Positions 9,701 to 17,758 are shown, counted from the first letter of the stretch. The stretch is 30,728 bases of DNA from a bacterium (GCA_044869275.1 JBIOXB010000017.1:1-30728), one strand, 5' to 3'. The notes: generated by a model not told the origin, from the sequence alone. Numbers and translations: made by a program.

Positions 9701-10011
9701 AGGATGGTATAGTTATCAGGCAACCAAGCCACGACTTTCGCCACCGCGCCAAGATGGGTCAAGCGCCGCATTTCACCGCCTTCCGCGGGCATGACATAGA
9801 CTTCCGGCTGGCCCTCTTCGCGGCCGCAAAATGCCAGCCAGCGGCCGTTGGGCGACAAACGTGGCGAGCTCACCACCCCGAGGTTGCTAGTGAGGCGGCG
9901 CGGGATGCCGCCGGACAACGAAACACTCCAGAGATCGTCTTCACATATGAATACAGCTTGATCGCCCTGTACAGTGGGATGGTGATAATAACCTTGGCGG
10001 GCATCACTCAT
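6721..10011 (-). CDS. Tricorn protease (peptidase S41, beta-propellers + PDZ + catalytic core)
   Basis: PD40 repeats, WKRYRGGTAG, ELGTSHAY (His), GYLHIPDM, DVRYNGGG, AGSDGD (catalytic Ser), GKRTWGG, ENYGVDPD; AGGAGG RBS; no signal peptide. Confidence 0.95.
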   Translation of the reverse strand: MSDARQGYYHHPTVQGDQAVFICEDDLWSVSLSGGIPRRLTSNLGVVSSPRLSPNGRWLAFCGREEGQPEVYVMPAEGGEMRRLTHLGAVAKVVAWLPDNYTILFLSTHANSNPMEQPLVYSVTLAAEYPKSFLNCPTRNLCLQPEGPGLVLGRNNDDNARWKRYRGGTAGEIWIDRRGDRHFLKLHLPQGNPNGPLWIGNRIYFVSDHDGIGNLYSCDLNGEGLRRETEHREFYARHASTDGKTIVYQAGGDLYALEVAKGKDRKLQMQWRSPLVQTQRKFSSAARYLETYHLNPKGHAIALVARGKLHTMAHWEGAPVQLGVREGARHRLIHWLFEGKRLVAVSDTEAGEEKIVVFEGEPAAEPARSFDVPPGRIQYLISSPVAAQAAFTNSRLELWFIHLETGETRRLDHSQHAEISGLTYSPDGRWLAYRKRVNQAVSAIFLCEIETGAVYQITQPILRDFAPHFDPEGRYLYFLSARVLNPMNDTIQFAVGFPGAIKPYLITLRKELSNPFIPQPAAPGEESAAKIELPKNGATAEKSPEPPSSSEKPESKDKPAEAMRIDLDGIQQRVLEFPVKEGIYRQVLGIKDKVVFTSFSMRGRADMGDWSACDEEDERGTLYVYDFVTQKLDTIASDVNTIQVANGGKTLSYRSGKRIRVLKAGEKPADSNDAVTSRKTGWLDLSRAKFSIDPPTEWRQMFREAWRLQREFFWNENMSGVDWQKVYARYYPQLDRVATRSEFSDLIWEMQGELGTSHAYEIGGDYRYTATYTIGRLGADLEYGAADQRYILKKIYRGDVWMKDCSSPLCAPGLNLNEGDALLAIGGVRLGAAVTPGHLLANQAGQDVVLTVQAPVPGSAPRQVTVKALHNEYILRYRDWVERNLKLVEEKTGGKVGYLHIPDMGTRGLIEFHRYYLAQTGKQGLIVDVRYNGGGNVSFMLLEKLLRRPIGYDVKRWGTAEPYPQHAMRGPIVALTNEFAGSDGDIFCHSFKLLKVGPLIGKRTWGGVIGIDMKYTLADGGRTTQPQYSFWFMDVEWRVENYGVDPDIVVDFDPAAHVRGEDPQLERGIAEALRLLEAEKTDLPKFENRPLLALPA

Positions 10012-10069
10012 CGAACCGCCTCCTTGCCTGGGTGAAATTCAATGTATGATGGGATGAGATGTGCGACGC

Positions 10070-10098
10070 AATATACTCAGTTACAAAGTAATTCGCAA
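10070..10098 (-). promoter_or_regulatory. sigma70 promoter for the tricorn protease
   Basis: TTGCGA-N17-TATATT on the minus strand, about 60 nt upstream of the ATG. Confidence 0.55.
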
Positions 10099-10206
10099 AG
10101 GCGAGTTCATTTTTTTTGGCGGCGATTTTTTTCGGAACACCGTGCAACCTTTTGTTACTTTCTTTCACTCGGCTTTGGTTTGGGCAGATGGCAAGGCCAA
10201 ACGCCA

Positions 10207-10335
10207 GAAGTTTCTTTGGGCGGCTATTTTCTGATTGCAGCCAAAAACTTGGAGGAGGCTGCCCGTCTCGCGGCAACTTGCCCGCACCTCAAGTATGGCG
10301 GAACCATTGCAGTGCGGGAAATCGAGCCCACGTGA
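10207..10335 (+). pseudogene. YciI/DGPF-family protein, C-terminal remnant
   Basis: E..LGGYFLIAAKNLEEAARLAATCPHLKYGGTIAVREI is the YciI C-terminal half; no recognisable N-terminal half or DGPF motif in frame upstream. Confidence 0.7.
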
Positions 10336-10344
10336 TTTGAAAGC

Positions 10345-10406
10345 CGCACCCTGAGCTTGTCGAAGGGTGCGAAGTTCAGAAACCCGGCTACGACAAGCTC
10401 AGCCGG
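10345..10406. repeat. REP-like inverted doublet (CTGAGCTTGTCGAAG family)
   Basis: Hairpin CGCACCCT/AGGGTGCG (10345-10371) and hairpin CCGGCT/AGCCGG (10384-10406); cores 10351-10365 and 10388-10402 are inverted copies with 1 mismatch. Confidence 0.85.
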
Positions 10407-10517
10407 CGACGAAAGCAAGCGTCCTCGCATAGTCAGATTTTTACAAAATGACCTAGAGAACGGACCTGAACACTTGTTTTTGAAAACAGCTGTGAAAAAG
10501 CTCAGAGGAGGTTCAAA

Positions 10518-10895
10518 ATGTCGATTTTCATTTCACGCCGAGCGGGGAACTATTTTAACGTTTTGTCCATGGGCAAACATGTGGGAGTCATTTCGCTCGT
10601 CGTTTTTTCTCTTGCGCTCTCCCAGGAGAAATCCAGTGTCAACGCCGCAGGCACCAATGGCCATGCGGCAGAAATGGCGAAGTTTGCATTCGAGCGGTTC
10701 AAAAAGCTTGAAGGCAAAACTATCACTTTCACTTTTTTCGATGCCACCAATCTGAAGTCTCGTGATCAGGGCCACATGGACAAGGCGGTGCTTCGCTTCC
10801 TCGACAATGATCATTTCACCACACAATGGACCTGGTACCAGAATGGCACAGAGAAGTGGAGGGAGGAAATCCAGATGGCGCGGCAGCCCCGCTAA
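10518..10895 (+). CDS. Hypothetical exported protein, possibly internally deleted (possible pseudogene)
   Basis: GAGGAGG RBS at 10505-10511; hydrophobic signal-like segment; C-terminal beta-strand-rich part (TFTFFDATNL..GHM..HFTTQWTWY). Confidence 0.6.
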   Translation: MSIFISRRAGNYFNVLSMGKHVGVISLVVFSLALSQEKSSVNAAGTNGHAAEMAKFAFERFKKLEGKTITFTFFDATNLKSRDQGHMDKAVLRFLDNDHFTTQWTWYQNGTEKWREEIQMARQPR

Positions 10896-10935
10896 GCAAT
10901 GAGGGATCGCTGAATGAACGGATTGCTGGATTACT

Positions 10936-11055
10936 CAGACTGTGTGAAAACGCTTCGTGTCGAGTCAGGCTGAGCGGAGTCGAAGCCTGATTATTGATTT
11001 TAGCACCCTTCGACTCCGCTCAGGGTGACACTATTTTACGTTTTCACACAGTCTG
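10936..11055. mobile_element. 120-bp MITE with 17-bp terminal inverted repeats (IS1182-like ends) and ACT target duplication
   Basis: CAGACTGTGTGAAAACG (10936-10952) / CGTTTTCACACAGTCTG (11039-11055) perfect IR; ACT at 10933-10935 and 11056-11058; no coding capacity. Confidence 0.85.
10965..11027. repeat. REP-like inverted doublet inside the MITE
   Basis: CTGAGCGGAGTCGAAG (10970-10985) / CTTCGACTCCGCTCAG (11008-11023) perfect 16-bp IR; each half sits in its own hairpin. Confidence 0.85.
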
Positions 11056-11163
11056 ACTGCTCTCGTGCCAATCCAACGATCCAATCATCCCTCACTTCAA
11101 CGTCGCGAGGGCAGATTCGGCCTGCCATCTCAGCAAAAGCCTCTTGTTTTTGGGGCAACGTCC

Positions 11164-12237
11164 TCACCTTTCCTGCTCCAAAACCTGCCAAATCTCGGCA
11201 TCTTCATTCCCCAAAACCCAAGCAGAGAAACCGCGCAGCTTGTATTTTTTCATGAGCGCGAGCTTGGCGCGAAAACTGCGTGCGTCTTCGAAGAAGATGT
11301 ACTCAAACAATCCGCCGTTCTCAAAAAAGGTGAATGGCACTTGTTGTTCTTCGTGCCACATGACTTTGGCGCCGTAGCGTTCGGCTTTTCCCATGGCCCA
11401 TTCATAATCGAGATTCTCGCTCCAGGAGCGCGCGTTGGCGACATATTTTTCGTCATCGTGCACCACGTGCCAATGCTGCGCACCGAGTGGAATGCCCAGC
11501 GACAGTTTTTCCGGCGGCACCGATTTCAAGAAATACTCAATGTTCATTATCACCCACGGGACGCCGGCATTTGGCCCGGGCGGAGTGCGCCGCGTATGCT
11601 GAGAATATGTCATCACCGAAATAAAGTCGCCGATTTCAGCCAGGGCTTTGAGATCATATCCCGCACGCCAACTCGAAAACAGCCACTTGAAATATTGATT
11701 GGGGCCGGGATTTTCCTCCGGCCGGTGCACAACCGCCACGCTGATCTTGAAATTCTCCTGGTGCAAAGCCTGCGCTGCTTCGCGATAAAACTGCGTATAG
11801 GAGTCGCGATCGGTGAGATGGAGATTCTCAAAATCGAATTGCATGCCATAAAAAGAATTTTCGCGGCAGAGATTGAGCATCGTGGCCACGGCGCGCTGGC
11901 GCGCCGTGCTGTCGGACAAAAGCTTGCTGAGCATGTCCTGCTTGAATCCGGGATTGACGAGCAAGGGCATGACTTTGACGCCATTTTGCCGGGCCAGCGC
12001 CAGAACGCGGCGGTCGATCTCGCCCCATACGACGCCGTTTTCATCCACCGCATAGGAGCCGGCGCCGAGGATATCAATTTGTTTGATATGCTGTTGCAAA
12101 CTGGCGTAGCTTTGCTTTTGGTCGATATAATAAAACAGCCGCTCGAAGCTGTGCTGGGCATAGGCGGTCATCGCGAACACCAGCAGGATCCCAGCAGTTA
12201 CGGCCATGATCGCTTTTTGGCGCAAGTCGCATTTCAT
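11164..12237 (-). CDS. Secreted GH18-family glycoside hydrolase (chitinase-like / SleL-YaaH-like, no LysM)
   Basis: Signal peptide ending AYA-Q; YGMQFDFENL catalytic strand; SVMTYSQH, KLSLGIP, GFSAWVLGNED; GGAG RBS before ATG 12237. Confidence 0.9.
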   Translation of the reverse strand: MKCDLRQKAIMAVTAGILLVFAMTAYAQHSFERLFYYIDQKQSYASLQQHIKQIDILGAGSYAVDENGVVWGEIDRRVLALARQNGVKVMPLLVNPGFKQDMLSKLLSDSTARQRAVATMLNLCRENSFYGMQFDFENLHLTDRDSYTQFYREAAQALHQENFKISVAVVHRPEENPGPNQYFKWLFSSWRAGYDLKALAEIGDFISVMTYSQHTRRTPPGPNAGVPWVIMNIEYFLKSVPPEKLSLGIPLGAQHWHVVHDDEKYVANARSWSENLDYEWAMGKAERYGAKVMWHEEQQVPFTFFENGGLFEYIFFEDARSFRAKLALMKKYKLRGFSAWVLGNEDAEIWQVLEQER

Positions 12238-12246
12238 CTTCCGCTC

Positions 12247-12285
12247 CAAAATGAAAAGTGGCGTGAAGCTCGCTTCACGCCACTT
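12247..12285 (-). terminator. Intrinsic terminator between susD and the GH18 gene
   Basis: Minus strand GTGGCGTGAAG-CGAG-CTTCACGCCAC followed by TTTTCATTTT. Confidence 0.8.
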
Positions 12286-12311
12286 GAGATTACGGTTCAG
12301 GATTTAGAAAA

Positions 12312-13619
12312 TCATATCGGCGGATCGGCCGGCGTGTTGGGGTTCGAGGCGCGTTCACTGTCGGGATAGGGCAGCCAATTGCGCGTGCGGCTGCGTGTGG
12401 CCGGATCGGTTTCCGCGCCGGGCTTGCCGAAGCGCCGCGTGTCGCCCCAGCGTACGCCGGTGATGAACAGCTCATACAGACGCTGTTTGTAGATTTCATC
12501 GAGCATGGCCTGCTGCGTGGGCAGATCCGCCGCGGTTTTGGGCGGCAGGCTGGCGGCGATACCAAGCGGGTCTATGGTTTTGCCGCGCACCAAATTGACC
12601 TGCGCCAAAGCGCTGGTGAGATCATTCAAGCGCGCATAGGCCTCGGCTTTGATCAAGATCACTTCGCCGGGCACATAAACCGGATAAGGCGCGGCAGCGG
12701 TCTTATACTGCGCAAAATCATCCACCGCTTTGCTTAAGAAGGAAGTGGCTGCGGCTTCCGTCGCCCAGAAGGCCACACGGCCGTCGCCGGCTTCTGCGTT
12801 CAGGCGGAAGTCATCGACGGGTTTGTAATAGATCAACTCAAGCGTGATCAAATAAATCGGGTTGCGCGACGAGCTGCTGTTGTAAAACAGCTTGGAAGTT
12901 TTTGCGAGTTCCACCAGATTGGCGGCGTCGATCGCGCCGGCATAGTCTCCGGCCAGCAGCCTGTAACGCGCGAGCATGGCATTGATGGTGTTGGGCAAGT
13001 CAAAGCCGATGCCCAGTATGTTGTTGTTGAAATCTGCCGAAGGCGGCGTAGCGACCAAGCCCGCACGTGCGCTTTCCAACAGCGCGATGATCGTCGACAG
13101 CACCGTGGCGCGATCGGAGAACACCGGCGTTTGCGAAGTGGTGACGTCGATGGGAACCGAGACAAAGGCTTCGATGAGCTCGCCCAAACTCATGGCCTTG
13201 AACAATCTCGCCAGTGCCAAAATACCGCTGCTCGTGCCGGGATCGAGCGCGACGTTGGGCACGTTGCTGATCAAGTCTTCCGCCGATTTGATCACGCGAA
13301 ACTGGCCGTTCCAAAGAGCGTTGACCGTGCCGTTGAAGCCCTGCACGTCCACACCGCCGGTCTCCAATTCACGCAAGCCCAGAACCGAGGCCGGCATGGT
13401 GGCGTATTGGCGCGCGCAGAAATTCGAGGCTTCCACAACTTCATTGACAACTTCACCGTATTGTGCCTGCATGCCAATGGCCAGGGCTTTCAAACCATCG
13501 GCCGTGGTCAAGACATCGGCTTCGGTGGGCGCATTGGGGTTGGTTTGATCCAGCGAGCAACCCCACAAGCCGGCGATGAGCAGCAGCGCGAAAATCAAAA
13601 ATACTATTTTGGATTTCAT
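12312..13619 (-). CDS. susD: RagB/SusD-family outer-membrane lipoprotein
   Basis: Lipobox LWG-C; TPR-like helices; EVILIKAEAYAR and QRLYELFITGVRWGDTRRFG SusD C-terminal motifs; follows susC. Confidence 0.92.
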   Translation of the reverse strand: MKSKIVFLIFALLLIAGLWGCSLDQTNPNAPTEADVLTTADGLKALAIGMQAQYGEVVNEVVEASNFCARQYATMPASVLGLRELETGGVDVQGFNGTVNALWNGQFRVIKSAEDLISNVPNVALDPGTSSGILALARLFKAMSLGELIEAFVSVPIDVTTSQTPVFSDRATVLSTIIALLESARAGLVATPPSADFNNNILGIGFDLPNTINAMLARYRLLAGDYAGAIDAANLVELAKTSKLFYNSSSSRNPIYLITLELIYYKPVDDFRLNAEAGDGRVAFWATEAAATSFLSKAVDDFAQYKTAAAPYPVYVPGEVILIKAEAYARLNDLTSALAQVNLVRGKTIDPLGIAASLPPKTAADLPTQQAMLDEIYKQRLYELFITGVRWGDTRRFGKPGAETDPATRSRTRNWLPYPDSERASNPNTPADPPI

Positions 13620-13658
13620 AGGATTATTCCTCGCTCATGTCCAAAGTGAAAGTGGGGT

Positions 13659-16604
13659 TCAAAAATTAACGGTCAAGCCGAAGCTGTAAGACCGCGGCAA
13701 GGGAATCGTTGACCAATCAAAGCCGCGCACCAGCGTGCTTTGCGCGGACACGTTCACTTCGGGATCGTAGCCGGAGTAATCGTCAAGCGAAAAAAGATTG
13801 CGGCCGGCAAGCGTCAATATCACCTCGCGCACACCCAAACCGCGCACGAAGCTTTGCGCCAGGTTGTAGTTCAGCGCCACTTCACGCAATTTCACGAAGC
13901 TGCCGTCTTCGACGTATTCCTCGAAGATCGTGCGCTGCGCATTGAAATAACCCACGGGCACCTCGCCGCTCAATTCCTTCTCATAATCTTTGCCATTGCC
14001 GAAAGCCGGCGTCTCCAGAATACGGCGTGTAAAATTGAACACGTCCTGGCCCTGAATGGCGTCGATTTGCGTGTGCAGTGAAAAATTGCGCAGGAAGCTG
14101 AAGTCATTGGTCAACGCCGCAATGTATTCCGGATTGGGGTCGCCGATAATCGAAGCCACGGGGTTGCGCACCGGAATGCCATTATTGTATACGATGTTCC
14201 CTGCGGCATCGCGAGTGTAGGTCGGGCCGTAAAAAACGCCGAGCGGATAGCCTTCCGCAACCCGCGCGATGTTGAAGCTGTTGGGCACCGCGAAATCCGG
14301 TCCATTCAATTCCAACACTTTGTTCTTGTTGGCTGAGAAAGTCACGGTCGCGAGCCATTGCAAAGAGGGGTTATTGAAGACGATGGCCTTGCCCAGGATT
14401 TCATAGCCTTTGTTGGAAAGGACGCCGACATTGTCGCGTATGCCGACGAAGCCGGTCGAAGGCGGCAGAGTGCGCAGCAGCAGCAAGTCTTCGATGCGCT
14501 GATCATAATACGTGAATTCAAAGCTCAGGCGGTCGCCGAACATGCCGAAGTCCGTACCCAGCTCGTATTCGCGCATGCGCTCGGGCTTCAGGCCTTCGTT
14601 GCCCAGCAGGGTCGAATTGACCAGCCCGGGCCGGTTGCTGTTGCTCTGCTGGTTGTAAACCGAGTACTGGTCATAAGCGCCCGCGGGTTGCCCGCCGGAG
14701 TTGCCCCAGGCGCCGCGCACTTTGAAGCGGTTGAGCGTGTTGCCAAAAGTATTTTGCCACCATGGGGCGGAGGACAACAAGTACGAGGCGCTGGCTTTGG
14801 GAAAGGTTTGCCAGCGATCCTCTGCGCTGAAAGTGGAGGCGCCGTCAATGCGCATGGAGGCCGTCACAAAAAGCCTATCGCGCCAGCCCACGGTTTCCTG
14901 GCCGAAGGCGCCGTAAATGACGCGCTTCTCCAGCGTTTCCGTGACCGTGGGCGTTGCGCCGGCGCTCAACAAACCTGCCACCGGAATGAGATCGCGCACA
15001 AAGGCATTGACGTTACCGCTCTCCAGATATTGATGCTCGCCGCCCAGGGTCGTGGTGAAACTGAAATCGCCGCGCGCTGCCACGTGGGTAGCGGTGAAAA
15101 AGTTGTTGATCAAATGCACATCTTGCGTGGAGGATTGCGAATAGCCAGTGGTGTAGCCGGCCGAAGAGCCGCGTGGCATGAAGCGGTTGGCGGCTTCCGT
15201 GTATTGATCGTAGCCGAAGGTGTACTCCATGGAGACGTTCTTCATGGGCGTGAGCCCGGCGCGAAAACTGCCAATGAAACGATTGACTTTCAGCGGATTC
15301 TGCCAGGTATTGATCACTTCGAGCTCGTTCGCAAATCCGGCGTTCGGCGGCGTGGGGTACTTACCGTCCGCATTGGGGCGCAGGTCAAACCAATTGGGTT
15401 GAAAAGTAAAGTTGGTGATCACGCCTTCGCCGCCGACGATACCACCATTTGGCACACGGTCGGAATTGGAGCCGATGTAGTTTGCGCCGGCTGACAATTG
15501 CAGCCAGGAATTAACAAATTGGTCGAGATTGAGGCGGAAGTTATACTTGCGATAATTGGTCGCCTCCATCACGCCCTCTTCGAAAAGCTGCGATCCGGCG
15601 AGGTAGTATTTCGTGCGTTCGCTCCCGCCGGCAATGGAGAGGTAATTCTCGAAATCATAGCCGGTGCGGAAAATGTCTTTTTGATAATCGTGGCGCGTCA
15701 CCTGTTTGCGGGTGGCGTCCGTGGGAGGCTTGTCGTACGGAAACAAATTGACGTCGTACGTCTTGCGAATATCGCTGGTGCCCACGCGGCCGCGATAAGT
15801 TACCCGCGTTTCACCCGCCTTGCCGCGTTTGGTGAAGATTTGAATCACACCTTCGTTAGCGCGCGAGCCATACAGGGCCGCGGCGGCAGCGCCCTTCACC
15901 ACTTCGATGCGATCGATGTCATTGGCATCGAGATCGGCGATGCGATTGCCGACGTAGCCGCCCAGATTGACCAGCTCGTTGGAGCTGTTGTCCACGATGA
16001 CGCCGTCGACGATGTACAGCGGCTCCGCGCTCGAGGAGATCGTCGAGGTGCCGCGCAACCGTATGGACACACCGCCGCCGGGTGTGCCGGAGTTTTGCTG
16101 CACCTGCGCACCCGCAACTTTGCCCACCAAAGCGGCGTCAATCGTCGGCGCTTCCGACTCGACCACGGCATTGCCACGTATGGTGGAAACCGTGTTGCCC
16201 AGCCGCTCTTTTTCCGTTGCGATGGCCGTGCCGGTGACCACGATTTCTTGAATTTGCAGCAGATCCTCATCCAGCGTCACGCGACCGACATCGACTGATT
16301 TTTCTTCCGCCAGCTGCACGCGGCGCGAAGCTTTCTTGTAACCAATGTACAAAAAAGATACGGTATAGCTTCCGGCCGGCACGTCGGCGCTAACCTTGAA
16401 CACACCTTGCGCGTTGGTGGAAGCGCCGTAAAAAGTGCCGTCGAGCACGACATTGGCGCCGATCAAAGGATCGCCCGTGCGCGCATCGTTGACCGTACCT
16501 GTCAACAAGTAACCCTTTTGCTGCGCCTGCATGGGCAGGGCAAGCGTCGTCCAACACAACAAGATCAGCCCCAAGCACCACCGCGATGGGAACCAATAAC
16601 GCAT
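13659..16604 (-). CDS. susC: SusC/RagA-family TonB-dependent outer-membrane transporter
   Basis: Signal peptide, carboxypeptidase-like N-domain, EPLYIVDGV, DIDRIEVVKGAAAAALYGSRANEGVIQIFTKRG plug signature, C-terminal Phe; AGGAGGAG RBS. Confidence 0.96.
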   Translation of the reverse strand: MRYWFPSRWCLGLILLCWTTLALPMQAQQKGYLLTGTVNDARTGDPLIGANVVLDGTFYGASTNAQGVFKVSADVPAGSYTVSFLYIGYKKASRRVQLAEEKSVDVGRVTLDEDLLQIQEIVVTGTAIATEKERLGNTVSTIRGNAVVESEAPTIDAALVGKVAGAQVQQNSGTPGGGVSIRLRGTSTISSSAEPLYIVDGVIVDNSSNELVNLGGYVGNRIADLDANDIDRIEVVKGAAAAALYGSRANEGVIQIFTKRGKAGETRVTYRGRVGTSDIRKTYDVNLFPYDKPPTDATRKQVTRHDYQKDIFRTGYDFENYLSIAGGSERTKYYLAGSQLFEEGVMEATNYRKYNFRLNLDQFVNSWLQLSAGANYIGSNSDRVPNGGIVGGEGVITNFTFQPNWFDLRPNADGKYPTPPNAGFANELEVINTWQNPLKVNRFIGSFRAGLTPMKNVSMEYTFGYDQYTEAANRFMPRGSSAGYTTGYSQSSTQDVHLINNFFTATHVAARGDFSFTTTLGGEHQYLESGNVNAFVRDLIPVAGLLSAGATPTVTETLEKRVIYGAFGQETVGWRDRLFVTASMRIDGASTFSAEDRWQTFPKASASYLLSSAPWWQNTFGNTLNRFKVRGAWGNSGGQPAGAYDQYSVYNQQSNSNRPGLVNSTLLGNEGLKPERMREYELGTDFGMFGDRLSFEFTYYDQRIEDLLLLRTLPPSTGFVGIRDNVGVLSNKGYEILGKAIVFNNPSLQWLATVTFSANKNKVLELNGPDFAVPNSFNIARVAEGYPLGVFYGPTYTRDAAGNIVYNNGIPVRNPVASIIGDPNPEYIAALTNDFSFLRNFSLHTQIDAIQGQDVFNFTRRILETPAFGNGKDYEKELSGEVPVGYFNAQRTIFEEYVEDGSFVKLREVALNYNLAQSFVRGLGVREVILTLAGRNLFSLDDYSGYDPEVNVSAQSTLVRGFDWSTIPLPRSYSFGLTVNF

Positions 16605-16894
16605 ACTCCTCCTCCTGGTTGTGTGAGAACAAAGCTGCTGTATTTTGTTGAAGAAAAGCTGGTAAGCCGGAGTGAAATCCGCTCATATTTGGCGAAACAA
16701 TTTCGGATTGTCAAGGGGTTTTCTGTAGTGTGAAATCCCGTCCACCGGGCTGTGGCAAAATGCAGGATTGTGAGAATAGATACGAGATGTGGGGAATGGC
16801 AAGGGGCTTTGCTCTGCACTTGTGTGCATGCTTTTTGCAATATCGCGGCGCGAAAAGACAAGGGCAAGCGGCCGGCGGGCTCTTGTCAGGCCTT

Positions 16895-17758
16895 TCATAG
16901 CTGCTGGTTCATACCTCGCAACGCTCTGGCCAGAATATTCCCTGACATCAATCGCCGATATTCTGCCGTTGAGCGCACGTCGGAAATGGGGTGAACTTCC
17001 TGCATCACGCTGCTTCGGGCTTGCTCGATTAATTCTTCAGAAAGTTTCTTTTGCGCGAGCAGCGCCTCGGTTTGCGGCGTGCGTATCACCGTCGGCGCAA
17101 CGCTGCCAAAAGCGATTTTGATGAATTCGAAATTCTGCTGAGGCCTGCGGCGCGCGAAAATCGCCATTACGATTTTCGAGATTGCCTGTGCCTGCCGTGT
17201 GCCGACTTTGCGAAAGTACTGCCAATCACCGCTCGCAGGTTTGGGCCAGTGCACCGACAACAGGAGTTCATCTGGCGCAAGCTGGGTCTGGCGATAGCCG
17301 GAATAAAATTGATTGAAGCCAATTTTTCGCGTGCCGCGCGCGCTGCCGACTTCCAATTCTGCCTCAAACACGGCCAGCACCGGCAGCGTGTCACCCGCCG
17401 GTGAAGCATTGACAATATTCCCTCCCAAGGTGCCGCGATTTTGAATCTGCGCGGCGCCTACTAACTTTGACGCTTGAATCAACGCCGGGGCATGCTGGAG
17501 CAGCAAAGGCGAGCGAATGATCTGTGCATAGGTTGTCAACGCGCCGATGCGGATTTGATCGCCCACTTCTGAAATTCCACGCAGCTCTTGCAGGCCCCAA
17601 ATGTTCAAATAGGCCGGATGTATTTCAATGCGCGCATTGAGCGTCACCATCAAATCTGTGCCGCCGGCCAGCACTTTTACGCGGCCCGCTTCCTGTTGCA
17701 AGATCGCATACGCCTCCTGCAGCGTTTTGGGCGAATGAACGGGAATGTGGGAAGTCAT
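16895..17758 (-). CDS. Xanthine dehydrogenase-family FAD-binding subunit (XdhB/CoxM-like)
   Basis: LAGGTDL, QIQNRGTLGGNIVNASPAGD, PISDVRSTAEYRR; start ATG 17758. Confidence 0.93.
   Translation of the reverse strand: MTSHIPVHSPKTLQEAYAILQQEAGRVKVLAGGTDLMVTLNARIEIHPAYLNIWGLQELRGISEVGDQIRIGALTTYAQIIRSPLLLQHAPALIQASKLVGAAQIQNRGTLGGNIVNASPAGDTLPVLAVFEAELEVGSARGTRKIGFNQFYSGYRQTQLAPDELLLSVHWPKPASGDWQYFRKVGTRQAQAISKIVMAIFARRRPQQNFEFIKIAFGSVAPTVIRTPQTEALLAQKKLSEELIEQARSSVMQEVHPISDVRSTAEYRRLMSGNILARALRGMNQQL

Noticed and set aside
10519..10550. ECF42-type promoter starting TGTCGA
   Set aside because: No matching -10 element at the expected spacing, and it overlaps a start codon with a strong RBS
16797..16829. 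sigma54 promoter (TGGCAAGGGGCTTTGCT) and NtrC-like palindrome TGCAC-N4-GTGCA upstream of susC
   Set aside because: GG-GC spacing is 11 rather than 10, it points away from susC, and the palindrome spacing does not match NtrC sites
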